Origin: a virus
DNA length: 64,000 nucleotides
Strand: one strand, 5' to 3'
Virus record (IMG/VR): IMGVR_UViG_3300013127_000002
Coordinates: 23,843-87,842 of that record
This document shows positions 25,156 through 36,600 of this stretch, in pieces. Each line of letters opens with the position of its first letter. Position 1 is the stretch's first letter. The translations under genes and the position numbers were made by a program. The notes under the pieces were generated by a model. That model was not told the DNA's origin, made no database searches, and saw nothing but the letters and a program-made list of their open reading frames with translations.

Positions 25156-27840
25156 ATGAGTGCAGTTTTCAGAATCAGCCAAGGTGTGCCGTTCCCGCTG
25201 TACGGACGGTCACGTGATGATATCCAGCCGTTCTCGCTTGGTGGGATTGTTACCCTGGATGCCGCGGACCTGACGCATTTCAGCTATGCCTGGGACATTC
25301 TCGGTAAGCCGATCGACGGACTTTCTCCTGTTCTCGTTCCCGCAGGGCCGATTTGCCAACTCCAGGCGGAAGAGCGGGGTGGGTATCTCGTGCGTCTGAC
25401 GGTAGACGCCGGGCTCCCGACCGAGGATGTCTCTATTCTCTATCTTGGTCTCCCGCTGGCGAATAGTGGCCTACCCCTTCCCGCGGTGTACGAGACCAAC
25501 TTCGATAACATCCCTCCTCCGAACGACGGGAGTCAGGGTTGGTGGTACAAAGTCGAGCGGTGGATGAAGTGGGTTGACGCTGCTGTAGGCGCGGGTTTGG
25601 GAGATCTTCCTCAGACGCAAACCGTGTATGTGGACGGCGGTCGTACAGACGTTTACGTAGAGACAGGAACGTTTGCGTTCCCGTACAAGACCATTCAACC
25701 TGCCATACTGCTGGCACAGACTCTTGCGGACGCTGTTGGTGGTGAAGCGTGTGTTCATATTCGTCCGTGGTTATACACAGAGGCGGATGTTCTTCTTCCC
25801 GCCAACGTACATATTGACGGGGAGATGGGCGCGGAGTTGCGTCCGGGAGTTAATGGCAACGGGTTCATTGTTGTGCCCGGGGCGTTTACTGCGGCGCTGG
25901 GTGTAACATTCATTCGGGGCTTCAATGTGGCTGGGCGGGGTCTAGGCAATTACGGGTTGAAGATCACAGATGGGGGAGCGCCGCCTCCTCCGCATGGATT
26001 GCCCACAGTTGCGCATCTTGACGGAGGTATAGGGGCCTACGACCAGGCGTGTCCAGTACTCGTAGAGGCAGGAGCGTTTTACGTTACTGACGCGGGGGGC
26101 ACTTATGGGGATAATACTAATCCCTACGGCGTAGTAGTTCAGCCCGGCGGTTTTGCCCCACCATTTGGGGCTTTCGCTATGGTGGGAAAGTGGAACATTG
26201 GGGCCTGTCTAAGTCCCTTCAAGGTTGGTCCCAATGGGGCGGTAATATCTTCCGGGACGAGTCTTACTGATGACGGATCGAGTCCGTTAATCTCCTATAT
26301 CGAAATCGACGGAGGACTTGCTCCGGACATGGCTCTGTTTATAGGACAGAACCTGCGGCTACAGGGCAGTGCTCTGTCCATGGTTCGTGGTATTCGCAAT
26401 TCAGTAGTAACACTCAATTCTTCGGAAGGTGGAATGGCGTTCTTCGGGGGTTTCCAGGGAGACATCTTCGATTTTTCGGGCAATGTCCTGAACCTGGCGG
26501 GAGGTGTATACCGTACTACAGAGGGTCACGGCCTTGTTTTGGATGGAACAGTGAATCCCGTACACTGTGAGTGTCGCGATACGGATATCACTGCGGACAA
26601 GTATTCTGATCCACTCAACTCCCAGGTTTTGTGGACGCGAGGAGTGGTTACGCTCCAGACGTTCGATACACGCTTCCGGGCGGACCAGCAAGTTGACGGG
26701 CGTGTGATTTCTAGGTTTGATCATATTGGAAATGATGTACAGATCAATGGCGGCATGGTTGAGGGCGGGAGTACCGGGGGAGGACCTCCAGCAACAGTTA
26801 TTGGTATTCTTAGTGGCGGGGTGTGGCTGACGGGTGGTTGTGATGTTGGTACTTACCAGCCTAATGATATCGCTATAAACGTAGCTCCCGGGGCGACACT
26901 ATTTCGGGGACACTCCAATGCTCGTGCCGGGCAAATAGTGATTGCGGGTAGTGAGGTTCCGCTCACATCCACAATGGCCAATCTTGTTTTAGGTAAGTTT
27001 GATGCCCGCACCAAGTGGACGTCTCGCGCTACTCTTGCAGAGGTAGCCGCAGAACCTTTCGAATATGAGCACGGATCCATTGTTGTAGTTACTGGAGGCG
27101 CCAAGCCCCTGGTCTATATCAACTACGGTACCAACGCCGTTCGCGATTGGCGGCTGCTTGGGAGTGACTATGTCCGGGCACAGATGGAGGCGTGTGGGGT
27201 TGTCGATATCTCTACGGGGTTTCCTATAGTAATGCCTATACCGTTTACGGTTACGACCTATCTAGATACTCCTCCTTACGCATTTCTCCCAGGAGGGATA
27301 TTCCGGTTAGATGAGGACGGGGATTATCGTCTGTCCTATAACTTGCCGTTCAAGACCGATTCAGGATTTCTTGCCGGAACATCAGTAGGGGCTCGTTGGG
27401 AATACAGTTTGGATTCCGGGGCCAGTTGGAGTGCGATTACTCAGACGACCACTTTCGATACCGTGCACGGGGATAGTCATGATAGTGGTTCTTTGAGTCT
27501 CCCTCCGTATGAGGTTTTCTTGTCATCCCGGATGTGGTTACGTGTGGTGGGGTTCCATACTATACCCACGGGCGTAATTGCTCCGTCGTTGGTAAACCAT
27601 AACACCTCAGGAATAACGCCGCCCGCAGACCCAGACCCCAAGAACTGGGCATGGGCCAGAATCGAGCGGGGATCAGTAGGTGGGAGTGGAGGAGGGGCTC
27701 GCCCAGCGTTCGTCACTGCGGTTGGGAACCCGAATGTTTTGTTGATTCCAGGTGTTGCGGGAGATTTCTATCGTGATTCTTTTGCCGATATTCTTTATAT
27801 TTGTCAGGCTAGTGGGACAGGAAATTGGCGTGTTCTTTAG
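25156..27840 (+). CDS. tail fibre/spike-like protein (Ig-like N-terminus, beta-helix middle)
   Basis: 894 aa Gly-rich; YVDG..GT..PYKTIQ beta-helix cap; C-terminal GNPN...GDFYRD...W module. Confidence 0.6.
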   Translation: MSAVFRISQGVPFPLYGRSRDDIQPFSLGGIVTLDAADLTHFSYAWDILGKPIDGLSPVLVPAGPICQLQAEERGGYLVRLTVDAGLPTEDVSILYLGLPLANSGLPLPAVYETNFDNIPPPNDGSQGWWYKVERWMKWVDAAVGAGLGDLPQTQTVYVDGGRTDVYVETGTFAFPYKTIQPAILLAQTLADAVGGEACVHIRPWLYTEADVLLPANVHIDGEMGAELRPGVNGNGFIVVPGAFTAALGVTFIRGFNVAGRGLGNYGLKITDGGAPPPPHGLPTVAHLDGGIGAYDQACPVLVEAGAFYVTDAGGTYGDNTNPYGVVVQPGGFAPPFGAFAMVGKWNIGACLSPFKVGPNGAVISSGTSLTDDGSSPLISYIEIDGGLAPDMALFIGQNLRLQGSALSMVRGIRNSVVTLNSSEGGMAFFGGFQGDIFDFSGNVLNLAGGVYRTTEGHGLVLDGTVNPVHCECRDTDITADKYSDPLNSQVLWTRGVVTLQTFDTRFRADQQVDGRVISRFDHIGNDVQINGGMVEGGSTGGGPPATVIGILSGGVWLTGGCDVGTYQPNDIAINVAPGATLFRGHSNARAGQIVIAGSEVPLTSTMANLVLGKFDARTKWTSRATLAEVAAEPFEYEHGSIVVVTGGAKPLVYINYGTNAVRDWRLLGSDYVRAQMEACGVVDISTGFPIVMPIPFTVTTYLDTPPYAFLPGGIFRLDEDGDYRLSYNLPFKTDSGFLAGTSVGARWEYSLDSGASWSAITQTTTFDTVHGDSHDSGSLSLPPYEVFLSSRMWLRVVGFHTIPTGVIAPSLVNHNTSGITPPADPDPKNWAWARIERGSVGGSGGGARPAFVTAVGNPNVLLIPGVAGDFYRDSFADILYICQASGTGNWRVL

Positions 27841-27934
27841 TTCTTTAGTGCGGTGATTCTTTGCAGTATAATTTACGGAGTAAACCAAGATTTCGGGGAC
27901 GTTGAACGTCCTCGTTCGATAAAGGAGCAGGTCC

Positions 27935-30256
27935 ATGGGATTCCCGAATCAAACACCTTGGAGGCAACACAACTTCATTGGTGAATTTGCGAACTCTGGT
28001 TCGGACGCTGAGGCGATAGCGTGGCTTACGACAGTAGGATGGACCGCGGGTGCCGGTCTCCTTTACTGGGACACCACTAACGGACAGTTCCGTATCCGCA
28101 AGTCTTCGGGATGGGACACGCTGGAGACAGGAACGCCAGCTACGCCTACCCTGGCAGCGGTGCTGGCTGCGGGCAATTCTGCTGGTACTTACACCATCGA
28201 CATGAACAGTCACAAGATCACCGGACTGTCTACGCCTAGCGACCCGAGCGATGCTGTTAACAAAAGCTATGTAGACGGGTTAGTTCAAGGTATCGATTGG
28301 CAAGAGTCCGTTCTTGGAGAGGAGTCTACACCTCCTGGTACTCCCGGTACTGGAGATCGTTATCTTGTCGTAGCTACGGCTACTGGAGACTGGGCGGGAC
28401 ATGAGGATGACATTGCCGAGTATAACGGAGCAAGCTGGGACTTCACATCTCCCAATGACGGCATGGCCGCCTGGATTGAAGATGACGATAAGCTCAAGGT
28501 TTACAATGGTACATCGTGGGTAACGTTCGGTTCGACTGTTGACCACACTACTCTCAGCAGCCTGAACTCGGTCAGTTACTACCACCTAACGCAGGCCGAA
28601 TACAACTCGGTAACGGGCCACCTTTCGTCCACTAGCAATCCACACAGTACCACGCTTGATCAGGCTTATACGGCGGGCCAGTCGATAGACGTAGACACGG
28701 CCGATCTGTCCGTAGGGTTTACCGGAGCGTACTCCTTCTTAGTCAACCTCGGAGGGATTACGGGTGACGCGGACGGCTTCTTTATTGAAGATTCGTCGGG
28801 AAAGTATTTCCGTATTACCAAAAACAACACGGATGCGACGCTTGATTGGACGGTGGACGTAGGCGGGGTCAATATCTATGGCGGTTCGAGTATGGTCTTT
28901 GAGACCGCCCCCGGTTCGGGTATCAGTATTTCGGCCGGAAAGGGACTTACGCTTGCAGCCACCACTAGTGCCATGCTGCGCGGCGTAGTCGCAACTCTGC
29001 GGAGCGAGAATACGGGAACCGGATCGGCAGAAACAAATATTCAAGCAGAGGCGCTAGGTGGGGCTGCGGGGGATGACGCCACTATTGAAATAAACGCCAT
29101 TGCGGCGGGGTCCGGTGTCAGTACTCTATATATTGGTCGGGATGCTGCTCTAACAGCCATTGCCGATGCTGTGTATATAGGCGACGCAAGTGGTTTTATC
29201 CAGATAGGTCATGGAGGATCATCTGACGCGCAGGGTGTTGCGATCTACGGTGGTTCCGGTGGGTTGGCGCTCCATAACAAGAATGGTGATACCCATGTCG
29301 TAGCGTCTGATGACGTTACAGTTACTGCGGGTGTCGGTCTCACACTGGAAATCAACGTTGACGATACTGCGACACATACGATAACCATCAGCGCAGAGAA
29401 CGCAAACGTAGCAGGCAAAGCTTACATAGATATCTATTCTGATGACGAGGCCAAGCTCCGATCTACTGCCGGGACCGTAATAGTCAGTGCCTATGGGGAT
29501 CTGTTCCTCCAGACCAGTAATGGAGACATGGTTCTCTCGGATCAGTTCAAGGCAGGGTCAACTTATGTTGGTGAGCTGCATCTGTCCAATTCCAGCGCGG
29601 AGTGGTCGCTGTTCGAGACTAATTTCGGCGAGGTGTCGATCCTCAACGCGATCAATCAGGCATACGCTTCTGCGGGCGGCGTGAATCTGGATGGCGCCTA
29701 CAACAACTTCGGGGCGGCGGCTGCGGTAGTGGTCATCGACCGGGCGCAGAGCCAAACGACAGAATTGGTCTGGCAACTTGAGGATGGCCGGAGCATGTTC
29801 GTGCGTGCCGGGGCGTCGGGGAATACTTGGGAATGGCGTGAGGCACGAACGTGGGGTATGGATGTTTTCGGTGTCTTCGGCACCTTCAATTTGGATATCA
29901 GCTCGTTTGTCTTGGATGCTGATACAGGTATTTCGATCAAGACTACGGGAGGTGGTGGCGGTGCCATAGATCTAGACTCTGTAGGGTCGATGACTTTGAA
30001 AGATGTAAATCTTACAGCATCCATCTTCCTGTCAGAGTCGGGAGTAACTGGCCTCGCTGCGGGCTTCACCGCGACAAGCATTATCGGAGCCATCAACGAG
30101 CTGGAGACTGAAGCTGTAAAGGTGTCCTCCAACGCAGGTAATCCCAACAGCACAGTGACCGGGAAGATCGGAGATCTTTGTTGGGATAGTACCAACTCGG
30201 TAATGTACTGCAAGAGCACCGCTACCGGGAATACCGGTTGGGTAGTCATCGGGTAG
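27935..30256 (+). CDS. tail fibre protein with DUF2793-like domain
   Basis: KITGLSTPSDPSDAVNKSYVD; TPPGTPGTGDRYLV...GDWAGHEDDIAEYNG..W. Confidence 0.7.
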   Translation: MGFPNQTPWRQHNFIGEFANSGSDAEAIAWLTTVGWTAGAGLLYWDTTNGQFRIRKSSGWDTLETGTPATPTLAAVLAAGNSAGTYTIDMNSHKITGLSTPSDPSDAVNKSYVDGLVQGIDWQESVLGEESTPPGTPGTGDRYLVVATATGDWAGHEDDIAEYNGASWDFTSPNDGMAAWIEDDDKLKVYNGTSWVTFGSTVDHTTLSSLNSVSYYHLTQAEYNSVTGHLSSTSNPHSTTLDQAYTAGQSIDVDTADLSVGFTGAYSFLVNLGGITGDADGFFIEDSSGKYFRITKNNTDATLDWTVDVGGVNIYGGSSMVFETAPGSGISISAGKGLTLAATTSAMLRGVVATLRSENTGTGSAETNIQAEALGGAAGDDATIEINAIAAGSGVSTLYIGRDAALTAIADAVYIGDASGFIQIGHGGSSDAQGVAIYGGSGGLALHNKNGDTHVVASDDVTVTAGVGLTLEINVDDTATHTITISAENANVAGKAYIDIYSDDEAKLRSTAGTVIVSAYGDLFLQTSNGDMVLSDQFKAGSTYVGELHLSNSSAEWSLFETNFGEVSILNAINQAYASAGGVNLDGAYNNFGAAAAVVVIDRAQSQTTELVWQLEDGRSMFVRAGASGNTWEWREARTWGMDVFGVFGTFNLDISSFVLDADTGISIKTTGGGGGAIDLDSVGSMTLKDVNLTASIFLSESGVTGLAAGFTATSIIGAINELETEAVKVSSNAGNPNSTVTGKIGDLCWDSTNSVMYCKSTATGNTGWVVIG

Positions 30257-30259
30257 TTC

Positions 30260-30607
30260 ATGCCTCTTACTCGACCATATGGTCAAGCGAATTATATGGG
30301 CGAGTGGCCTGTCGAGACGGGTGTCGGTAGCGTTCTGGAATTCATTCAAGCCAACAAGTGGGACTCTGTCGGGGATGGGACTGGAGATCCTCGTCCTGGC
30401 ATGTACTACTACAATACGGCAACAGGAAAGTACCGATATGCCGACGCTACCGGCACCTGGATCAGTGAGCACGACGCATCTTTCCCAAGTGATGTTATCC
30501 AAGACGGAGACGTGCTTTTTGTGGAAGATGGACGACAGTATTTGGTATACGGAAAGCTAACGCTAGATGGTGAGTACCGAATAGACGGTACAGGGGTAGT
30601 GCTATAA
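30260..30607 (+). CDS. tail fibre-associated protein
   Basis: N-terminus resembles that of the 27935 protein. Confidence 0.6.
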   Translation: MPLTRPYGQANYMGEWPVETGVGSVLEFIQANKWDSVGDGTGDPRPGMYYYNTATGKYRYADATGTWISEHDASFPSDVIQDGDVLFVEDGRQYLVYGKLTLDGEYRIDGTGVVL

Positions 30608-31602
30608 TGGGCGAACTCAATATAAAGAATGCGGATACGCACGATACGCCCTCGTCGGGCTACACCAAGCTTTATCCAAAAACAGATGGCAAGTTCTATG
30701 TCAAAGACGATGCCGGTGTTGAGGTTGCGCTTGGAGCAGACGCATTATCTCTAGACAGTGTTCCCCTTGATATCGCTGATTTGACCAACGGGGCGAAGCT
30801 TTATTACGACGAAGCAAGTGACGAATGGAAGAACGAGCCGCTGCCACTGCTGACCTACGGAGCATTAATAACGGCGGATTGGGCCCCCACATGGGCACAG
30901 TTGTATGCTAACGGACCTGTGATCCTGGCCTACCCCTCTACCGGGCCTATCACAATCACATTGCCAGCACCAAGCGGTCTTCCGGAAGACGGCATGCTGC
31001 GGCGTGCGTGGGTGGGTAATTTTGGGGGGCTGTACTCTGTAAAGGTTGTGATTGCTGGTGGCGGGACTTTTGTAGACGGGCTGTCTCAGTTGTGGGTTGA
31101 TGGTAATGGTACAGCAGTACATTTGGGTGCTGTCAATGGGGCAGTAGCTGACACCTGGATGAGAATTTCGACACTGCGCAATGTTTTACAGATTCGCCGG
31201 GCCGCCACTTGGGCTGCCGCTAATTTTTCCAGTGCTACCCCGTTGCCTTTTGCTACGCAGGATTTTGAGGGGAACCCTTACATCATGGATTGGGCGAGCG
31301 AGATTCCTTCGCGCCTCAGTGCAGTTCTTGGCGGCACGTACTGGATTGCTGGTTTTGCCAACATCGATTCCACGGGCGGAGTAACCTGGAATGTAGCGTG
31401 TTGGTTGCGTAAGAATGGTACCACGGAGATTCCAGGAACACGGTTGAGAGGGGGCAACTACGGAGGAGAAGACGATAGTGTTACTCTGCCTCAAACTCGC
31501 GTGTCATTGGCCGCGGGAGACTATTTGGAGTGGGTATTTCAACAGACTGGTCTGACAGGAACACTATATTCAGCAACAATGTCCTCGGAGATTTTGGTAT
31601 GA
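30607..31602 (+). CDS. tail fibre/receptor-binding protein, C1q-like C-terminus
   Basis: TPSSGYTKLYPKTDGKFYVKDDAG; GTYWI...WLRKNG...LAAGDYLE. Confidence 0.6.
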   Translation: MGELNIKNADTHDTPSSGYTKLYPKTDGKFYVKDDAGVEVALGADALSLDSVPLDIADLTNGAKLYYDEASDEWKNEPLPLLTYGALITADWAPTWAQLYANGPVILAYPSTGPITITLPAPSGLPEDGMLRRAWVGNFGGLYSVKVVIAGGGTFVDGLSQLWVDGNGTAVHLGAVNGAVADTWMRISTLRNVLQIRRAATWAAANFSSATPLPFATQDFEGNPYIMDWASEIPSRLSAVLGGTYWIAGFANIDSTGGVTWNVACWLRKNGTTEIPGTRLRGGNYGGEDDSVTLPQTRVSLAAGDYLEWVFQQTGLTGTLYSATMSSEILV

Positions 31603-32057
31603 AATACCGCTATGACAATCTAGTTCCGCTGGCGTGCCTGGCGTATGTAGAGGACAAAGTCCACACATCTGCCATGACTGATAAGGCATACACGGATATA
31701 TCACTCAATCCGGAAGAGGGTTGGCTGGATATCTGGTTCGACACTAACTTGTCTGTAGGGGACAAGACAATTCTCGATGGTATTGTAAGTGACAGCCAGG
31801 GGATCATCCTTATCAAGAAGCCCCGTACCCGGATCATGGCCGAGATACTTTTCACGGCCGAACCAGATCCAGCGCAATTGTCGCGATTGCTTGATGCGCT
31901 CGACAGCTACCCGTCTGTGGCTATTGCTTTGGATGGTATGAATTACGAGCTAGCTCGGATGCGCGTAGCGAAGGTGCTTGCAGACGGAGCAATTACGGAA
32001 GATGATTATGATTTGGTTATGGCTATAATCCCGGCAAGCAAGTACCAGACTCTCTAA
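31599..32057 (+). CDS. tail fibre assembly-like protein
   Basis: ATGA coupling at 31599; follows the fibre gene. Confidence 0.5.
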   Translation: MKYRYDNLVPLACLAYVEDKVHTSAMTDKAYTDISLNPEEGWLDIWFDTNLSVGDKTILDGIVSDSQGIILIKKPRTRIMAEILFTAEPDPAQLSRLLDALDSYPSVAIALDGMNYELARMRVAKVLADGAITEDDYDLVMAIIPASKYQTL

Positions 32058-32132
32058 TCTCTCTAAACAAGAGTTGTCTTTTAGTAGCGTGTCTGCTAAA
32101 CATATCTCTATCATCTCAAAAAGGAGCATGTT

Positions 32133-32660
32133 ATGCCCAAGAACGTAGAGCTGGACCTCAAGAGAATTGACATGTTGTTTAACCTTTTGACCTCTCTCGG
32201 GAGCATACAACAGGCCAAGTTGTCTTACGCTATCGCCAAGAACAAGAACCACCTCAAGACGTTTTTAGAGGCATACCAAGAGGCAATCAAGCCTCCGCAG
32301 ACTGTTTTGGATTTCGAAAAAGCCCGACAGAAACTTCTGGAAGAAAGTGCAGAGAAGGACTCCAAGGGCAAGCCTAAGAAGGTTCCTGTTCCTGGGCGTA
32401 CCGGGGTTTGGCAGTATATTCTGGCCAACGAGGAGGATTATCAGGATGCCCTGGAGGCTCTCAAGTTGGAGCATGAACAGGGGGTTCATGACCTAGAAGA
32501 GCTGGAAGCGAAACAGAAGCAGCTATTGGAGGAGATGGAGACCGTGAGCCTTCATCAAATCAAGTACTCTGATCTCAAAGAAGATGCGCAAGGTAACTTC
32601 CCGATTAGCTCATCGCAGTTGAGTGATTTGTTGGATATTGGTATTATTGTAGAGGATTGA
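32133..32660 (+). CDS. conserved phage helical protein (DUF1617-like)
   Basis: KLSYAIAKN motif; RBS AAGGAG. Confidence 0.6.
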   Translation: MPKNVELDLKRIDMLFNLLTSLGSIQQAKLSYAIAKNKNHLKTFLEAYQEAIKPPQTVLDFEKARQKLLEESAEKDSKGKPKKVPVPGRTGVWQYILANEEDYQDALEALKLEHEQGVHDLEELEAKQKQLLEEMETVSLHQIKYSDLKEDAQGNFPISSSQLSDLLDIGIIVED

Positions 32661-32682
32661 TTTTCCTTCATGAGGCTAGCAC

Positions 32683-33114
32683 ATGACCTATTTTGGCGGT
32701 TGCGGAATCGATTCCTGCGGGAGGTCTGAGTGCGGTAACGCCAAGAGTGACATCGAGCCTCGCTTTTCTTTTTCCCAGCCTCCTGATCACTCGCGCAACA
32801 ACCCCGTAAACGTCCAGTTGAAGTTCAACACGTATTGTTTTTCCAGTTATCTGGATGAGCATGATTCTACGTTTATGGTGGAGATCAGTGAAGACGGTGG
32901 TCTGACGTTCAACGTGGCGTACTCGGCCTTGGCTTTTGTAGCTCCGTATGACGGAGCCAACTCGAAGCTACGCCATACCGACGGGCAGACTACAACGTTC
33001 TGGATCCAGAAGACGATCCCTTGGCCTATCCGTACCAAGGTGATTATCCGGTTGACCGGGAAGGACGAATACGGCAATCCTGTAAGCAAGACCCTTCCTG
33101 TGAAATGGAGCTGA
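32683..33114 (+). CDS. Ig-like virion protein
   Basis: 143 aa beta-rich. Confidence 0.55.
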   Translation: MTYFGGCGIDSCGRSECGNAKSDIEPRFSFSQPPDHSRNNPVNVQLKFNTYCFSSYLDEHDSTFMVEISEDGGLTFNVAYSALAFVAPYDGANSKLRHTDGQTTTFWIQKTIPWPIRTKVIIRLTGKDEYGNPVSKTLPVKWS

Positions 33115-33115
33115 G

Positions 33116-33610
33116 ATGCCGTACGAATGGGAGTTCGAAACTTCCGGACGCCCGCTGACCCCCCTCGGGAAGAAGTGCCACCGCGGCCCGATGATCGATG
33201 TCGAGGTTCGGATGTCCAAGCCGTGCTTGTCGATTCCCGAAGCCGAGCGCTTGCGGCAGCACCTCTTACAGCACATCGTGGATATCAATTACGTTGCTGT
33301 GCAGACGCGAGAAACGATTCTCAGGACGCTCAACAGCAACCTTGGTCCCATGTTCTTCAAGCTGTATTCGCGTGCTAAGGGGTTACAGGTAGAAATCTGC
33401 GAGAAGCGGAACAGCTTGATCATCGACGAAGAGCTGAAGGTCAATGACGTTTTCTACAGACAGGTGGTGGAGTCGTTGAAGAAATACAACGTATCGAAGC
33501 AGCACCTGGACCTGATGCTGGAGGGACTCGCGTCCAACAGCGCCATCATGCGTGTTGCCGCACGGTGCTCAGTGGTTCTGATGGTCACCTTCGTCGAGAT
33601 GGACCTGTAA
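33116..33610 (+). CDS. hypothetical protein
   Basis: 164 aa in operon. Confidence 0.6.
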   Translation: MPYEWEFETSGRPLTPLGKKCHRGPMIDVEVRMSKPCLSIPEAERLRQHLLQHIVDINYVAVQTRETILRTLNSNLGPMFFKLYSRAKGLQVEICEKRNSLIIDEELKVNDVFYRQVVESLKKYNVSKQHLDLMLEGLASNSAIMRVAARCSVVLMVTFVEMDL

Positions 33611-33611
33611 G

Positions 33612-36600
33612 ATGTCAGAGGCGTTCACTAATTACACCGTAAACTATCCGCACCAGGCGGCGTGGATTGTGTACATGAACGGGCTGGAGGTTCCAGTCAG
33701 TAGCGTCTTCTGCGACTTCGGGGTCAACAAGATCCCGTCTTGCACTATCGACATGCCACCGGATCCCCGCCTGACACGTTTGGGATTCGAGGACCGGATT
33801 GAGGTTGATGTCTTCTACTTGGACGAATTCCACAATCCTGACAATCCCGAGTTCTGTCTCATGGGCGAGTTTGACATCATGGGGTGGGCGTATTCGAATT
33901 CAGGATCGGGGAGGAGTCTCCGGTTCATGTGTGTCGGTACGGTCCAGATCTTCCAGCAGCTCAACATGTTTTACATGTCGGCAGTTGACGATATTGTTAA
34001 CGCGTACTTGCCCGCGACAGACACCTCGGCCACTACGGTCACTCCCATGGTCTACTTTCCGGCGTCCCTGTTCCTGCAAGGTATCATGCCGAGGTTGACT
34101 GCGGAGAAGGATGTTGAGGGGGATACAGAAGTCGTAACAAGAACAGACTTTATCAAGACCCCGTATCAATTCATCCGCAACATATTCAAGTCGATGTTGG
34201 GGAAGGTAGATGTAGGTAACGCGGACGTTAACGCTACTTCCGATCCTGCGAACATGGTTCCCCAGAGTGCCACTTCAGCGCCGGGGAGGAATTTCTTTGC
34301 CAGGTACATGAAGAGGAGGGACATCTATCGCCGGTTTGTGGGTCTTCCGTTTATAGACAGGGACATGCAGAACCCTGTAGATGGTTGTTTTCCGCTTATC
34401 AAAGCTGTGCAGGGCACCGAGGTGCTCAATGCCATACAGAGTCAGCTCGGGGCGTCTATCGGGTCTGCGGGGACCATCTGGGAACTTTTGCGTTCGGTAC
34501 TCGGTACCATGTATATGGAGGTTGTTTCCATCCCGGCCCCCACCATCGCCATGGCGGAAAAAGAGACCGGGGTGATGGTCGATCTCTTCAAGGGTGAGCG
34601 CAATAGCGGGGATTTGATGGGAGTCATTGCGTCGAACTTCATTAAACCGCAGTGTTTCTTCGGACTCCCACCGACATGCAACATCATCTTTCCTTCGATG
34701 GTAGAGTCGTTGCATATCGAGGAGAACTACACTAATCAACCAACTCGCGTGTATCTAGGAGAGCAATTTCTATCGAACATCCTGGCGGCTAAGGCGTCGG
34801 GCAGTGCGGCACAATTGGTGACGAGTACCCTCACTACCGGATATCCCCCCGTTGTGAAGTCCCGCATGAAGCAATACATGCTCGACGCAAAGCAGAACAC
34901 CAAGAACTTCCTGATCTGGCCAGAAGAGTTTTTCAGAGGTCCAGTAGTCAAGCAGGCTGCGGCTCCTCCGTGGTTGTGGATGCTCGACAAGTTCCGGGCG
35001 GCCATCGAGGGTACTTACGGTACGGGTACTGGAACTGGAGGCGGGGGAGCTGGATGGCAGTCCATGGGTGCGCGGAAAATGCGGAAGTTCATAGAGCCCT
35101 ACATCCAGGAAGCGGTGTCGAATTGGCAGGTAGACCGTTACTGGATCTTGTCGACGATTGCAAAAGAGTCCGGGTTCCATGTGCATGACGGTCGCATTCC
35201 TTCTCCGAAGGGTCAGATTTCCCGCGGTCTGATGCAGGTCAACACGGACTTGTTCTACAACATGATCAAGCTTCTCCGAAAAGAGGGAAAGATTCCCAAG
35301 GACATGACGGATGAGCAGATCAGCTACAACGATCCTAAGTGGAACATTTTTGCAGGTGTTCGGTATGCACGACAGGTCATGAACATCTGCAAGTTGAATC
35401 CGAAGAACGTGAACCGGCAGAACCTGTTTTTCGATCCGACAAAGCCCATCAACGACATGCACGTATTCATTGTTGGATACGGTGGGGGTATTGGTAAGGG
35501 CAAGTGGATGAAGAAGCAGATGGACGCTGGCAAGAAGCTCGGAGATTTACGGCGTACAGCAGTTAGTCGTCCTGGCAACGAGGGGTGGCAGAATTTTCTG
35601 GAGCGTGCGACTGCGAGAATGGCAAAGGCGTGGGATGCCATCAAGGCGGACGACTTGCAGATGCAGGCCAGCGAAGACCCGGCGCAAGATCTCAAAGATG
35701 TTGCTGGTGGTGATCTTCTGGCAGAAGAATACGCAGCAGGTAATCCGGACGTGGGTTCTTCACAGATGACGCCGGATCCTACGGAGAACAAGGAAAAGCC
35801 AAAGCAGATTCCCGATCCTGCACAATCGCAGAACAAGTCGGAATCCAGCCAGACTACATCACAAACGTCTTCTTCGTCTCAGGGAGATTTCTACGACCCG
35901 TCCAAAAAACCACAACAGCCTCAGTCCATCCCGGACGCGCCCCCGGAGCAATCCCAAGTAGTAGACACTACAATCGCAGGGATGAGCCAGATGGAGCAAG
36001 ATGGGCTCGGTCAACTATTTGATTACTATGCTCAGTACGAGTACTTCCGGTCTCGGTATGAGAACCGGATTGGTGGTGCGACACTGGCGTTCAACCCGTA
36101 TATAGTGCCGGCGTTTCCGGCGGTGCTGTTTGACTCGAAGTATTCCGGCGTGAGCACGATCGGGTACATCATGAATGTTACGCACCAGATGTCCGCGAAT
36201 GCGAATGCTTGCATGATGTCGACTACGGTGAATACGGCTTTCCAGCGTACCCTTCCTGAGTTTCTCGGCGATATGCGTACGGGCTGGGACGCGGCTTTCT
36301 GGGCAGACAGGCCCTTCCCGTACACGTGTTTCCCGATCGATCCGATTCCGGATGTCGCGGCGATCTTCCAGCAATTGTCGATGGCTAATCTCTTCTACGC
36401 GAAATTCTTTCACAGGGCAGCTTTGGATGTTCCGATTCCTGAAAATAAGATGGAAGAAGAGGCCAAAGCACAGGCGGAAGAGGACTGGGCTACTGAGTCC
36501 AGTGAAGCGGAGAATGCGATAGCGGATGAGAACAAGAAAGCAATGGCGGAGGCGGCCGGGACTACCTACCAAGATTCTGCGGTCATGGACGCAGAACAAC

